A stretch of 63,940 bases of DNA, filler included, from an uncultured Methanoregulaceae archaeon (GTDB lineage Archaea > Halobacteriota > Methanomicrobia > Methanomicrobiales > Methanospirillaceae), in assembly GCA_964530035.1 (NCBI GenBank). It is 4 parts of 4 records of this genome, joined end to end, with 100 filler letters (N's around TTAATTAATTAA, not from the genome) between each part and the next. Parts side by side here need not be neighbours in the genome. Positions count along the whole stretch, not along the records: positions 61,594 to 63,940 come from CAZGXZ010000221.1; 3 more parts are not named here. One strand, written 5' to 3'. The translations under genes and the position numbers were made by a program. Below, piece by piece: positions 63,461-63,940 of this stretch. Position 1 is the stretch's first letter, and every line of letters begins with the position of its first letter. Below the pieces are notes generated by a model that saw nothing but the letters and a program-made list of their open reading frames with translations, had not been told where the DNA came from and ran no database searches.

Positions 63461-63940
63461 ACCCGGCCGGCCTGGCTGAACAGGTCCGGAGGGCGTGGGC
63501 GATCGCCAGGAAGGATATCCGGGTCTATTACATCAAGGGACCGGTGCTCATTTTCGGGATCTTCATGCCGGTCTTCCTTTTCCTCGCATTCCTGATTGGG
63601 AGCCGGCAGCTCCCGCTCGCGTTCCTGGTATCAGGACTGGTCGGGATGGCACTCTTTTTCACCGCGACCGCGGTATCCCCTGCCATCTTCCCCTGGGAGG
63701 GGCAGGCAAAGACCCTCGAGCGGCTTGCCTCCTGCCCGGTCACGGTCGAGGCGATCGTTTTTGGGGATATGATCGCTTCAACCCTTTTCGGTATCGGGAT
63801 CACGCTCATCACGGTCCTCATTGGGCTGGCACTCGGGCTCTTTCTCCTGCATGCGATTACGTTGTGTGTCGGTATCCTGCTTGCCGCATGCTGCTTCTCC
63901 GCGATTGGGATGCTGCTTGCAGTCCCCCCCACCAACACCC
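63457..63940 (+). CDS. ABC-2 type transporter permease, runs off window
   Basis: ATGA overlap; MNPAGLAEQVRRAWAIARKDIRVYYIKGPVLIFGIFMPVFLFLAF..TLERLASCPV, hydrophobic. Confidence 0.85.
   Translation, partial: MNPAGLAEQVRRAWAIARKDIRVYYIKGPVLIFGIFMPVFLFLAFLIGSRQLPLAFLVSGLVGMALFFTATAVSPAIFPWEGQAKTLERLASCPVTVEAIVFGDMIASTLFGIGITLITVLIGLALGLFLLHAITLCVGILLAACCFSAIGMLLAVPPTNT

Overview
Archaeal sequence from a hydrogenotrophic methanogen, most consistent with Methanomicrobiales (Methanoregula/Methanolinea-like): archaeal PRK, cupin PGI, CheF, ArlI/ArlJ, PdaD, TIGR04083-type radical SAM. The window is not one locus. Four contigs are joined by artificial 100-nt N44-TTAATTAATTAA-N44 linkers (20897-20996, 41206-41305, 61494-61593), and there are two internal N gaps (6859-6958, 49138-49147). 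Contig 1: partial tRNA-Gly, S9 and S8 peptidases, PGI/PRK, PKD surface protein, PAPS-reductase/hisH, copA-YHS, arfC, a sensor-kinase-GNAT fusion. Contig 2: methyltransferase, S8 peptidase, SixA, radical SAM/SPASM enzyme, GT2/flippase, MFS, RNB nuclease and others. Contig 3: IS1595-like remnant, argG/carB/carA/pdaD, and the che-arl cluster with a CheA-CheC fusion. Contig 4: cupin and an ABC transporter. The most unexplained signal is non-coding. A dispersed composite repeat consists of a ~95-bp MITE-like unit with GGCTTTGTTGAAATCC-type terminal inverted repeats attached to a ~430-bp body with conserved GC-rich hairpins (one with a cUUCGg loop, one with pairing-preserving substitutions). It has three long copies (40835-41205, ~42490-43107, ~52441-52811 inverted) plus fragments at contig ends. 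All calls are by eye; no searches were run.
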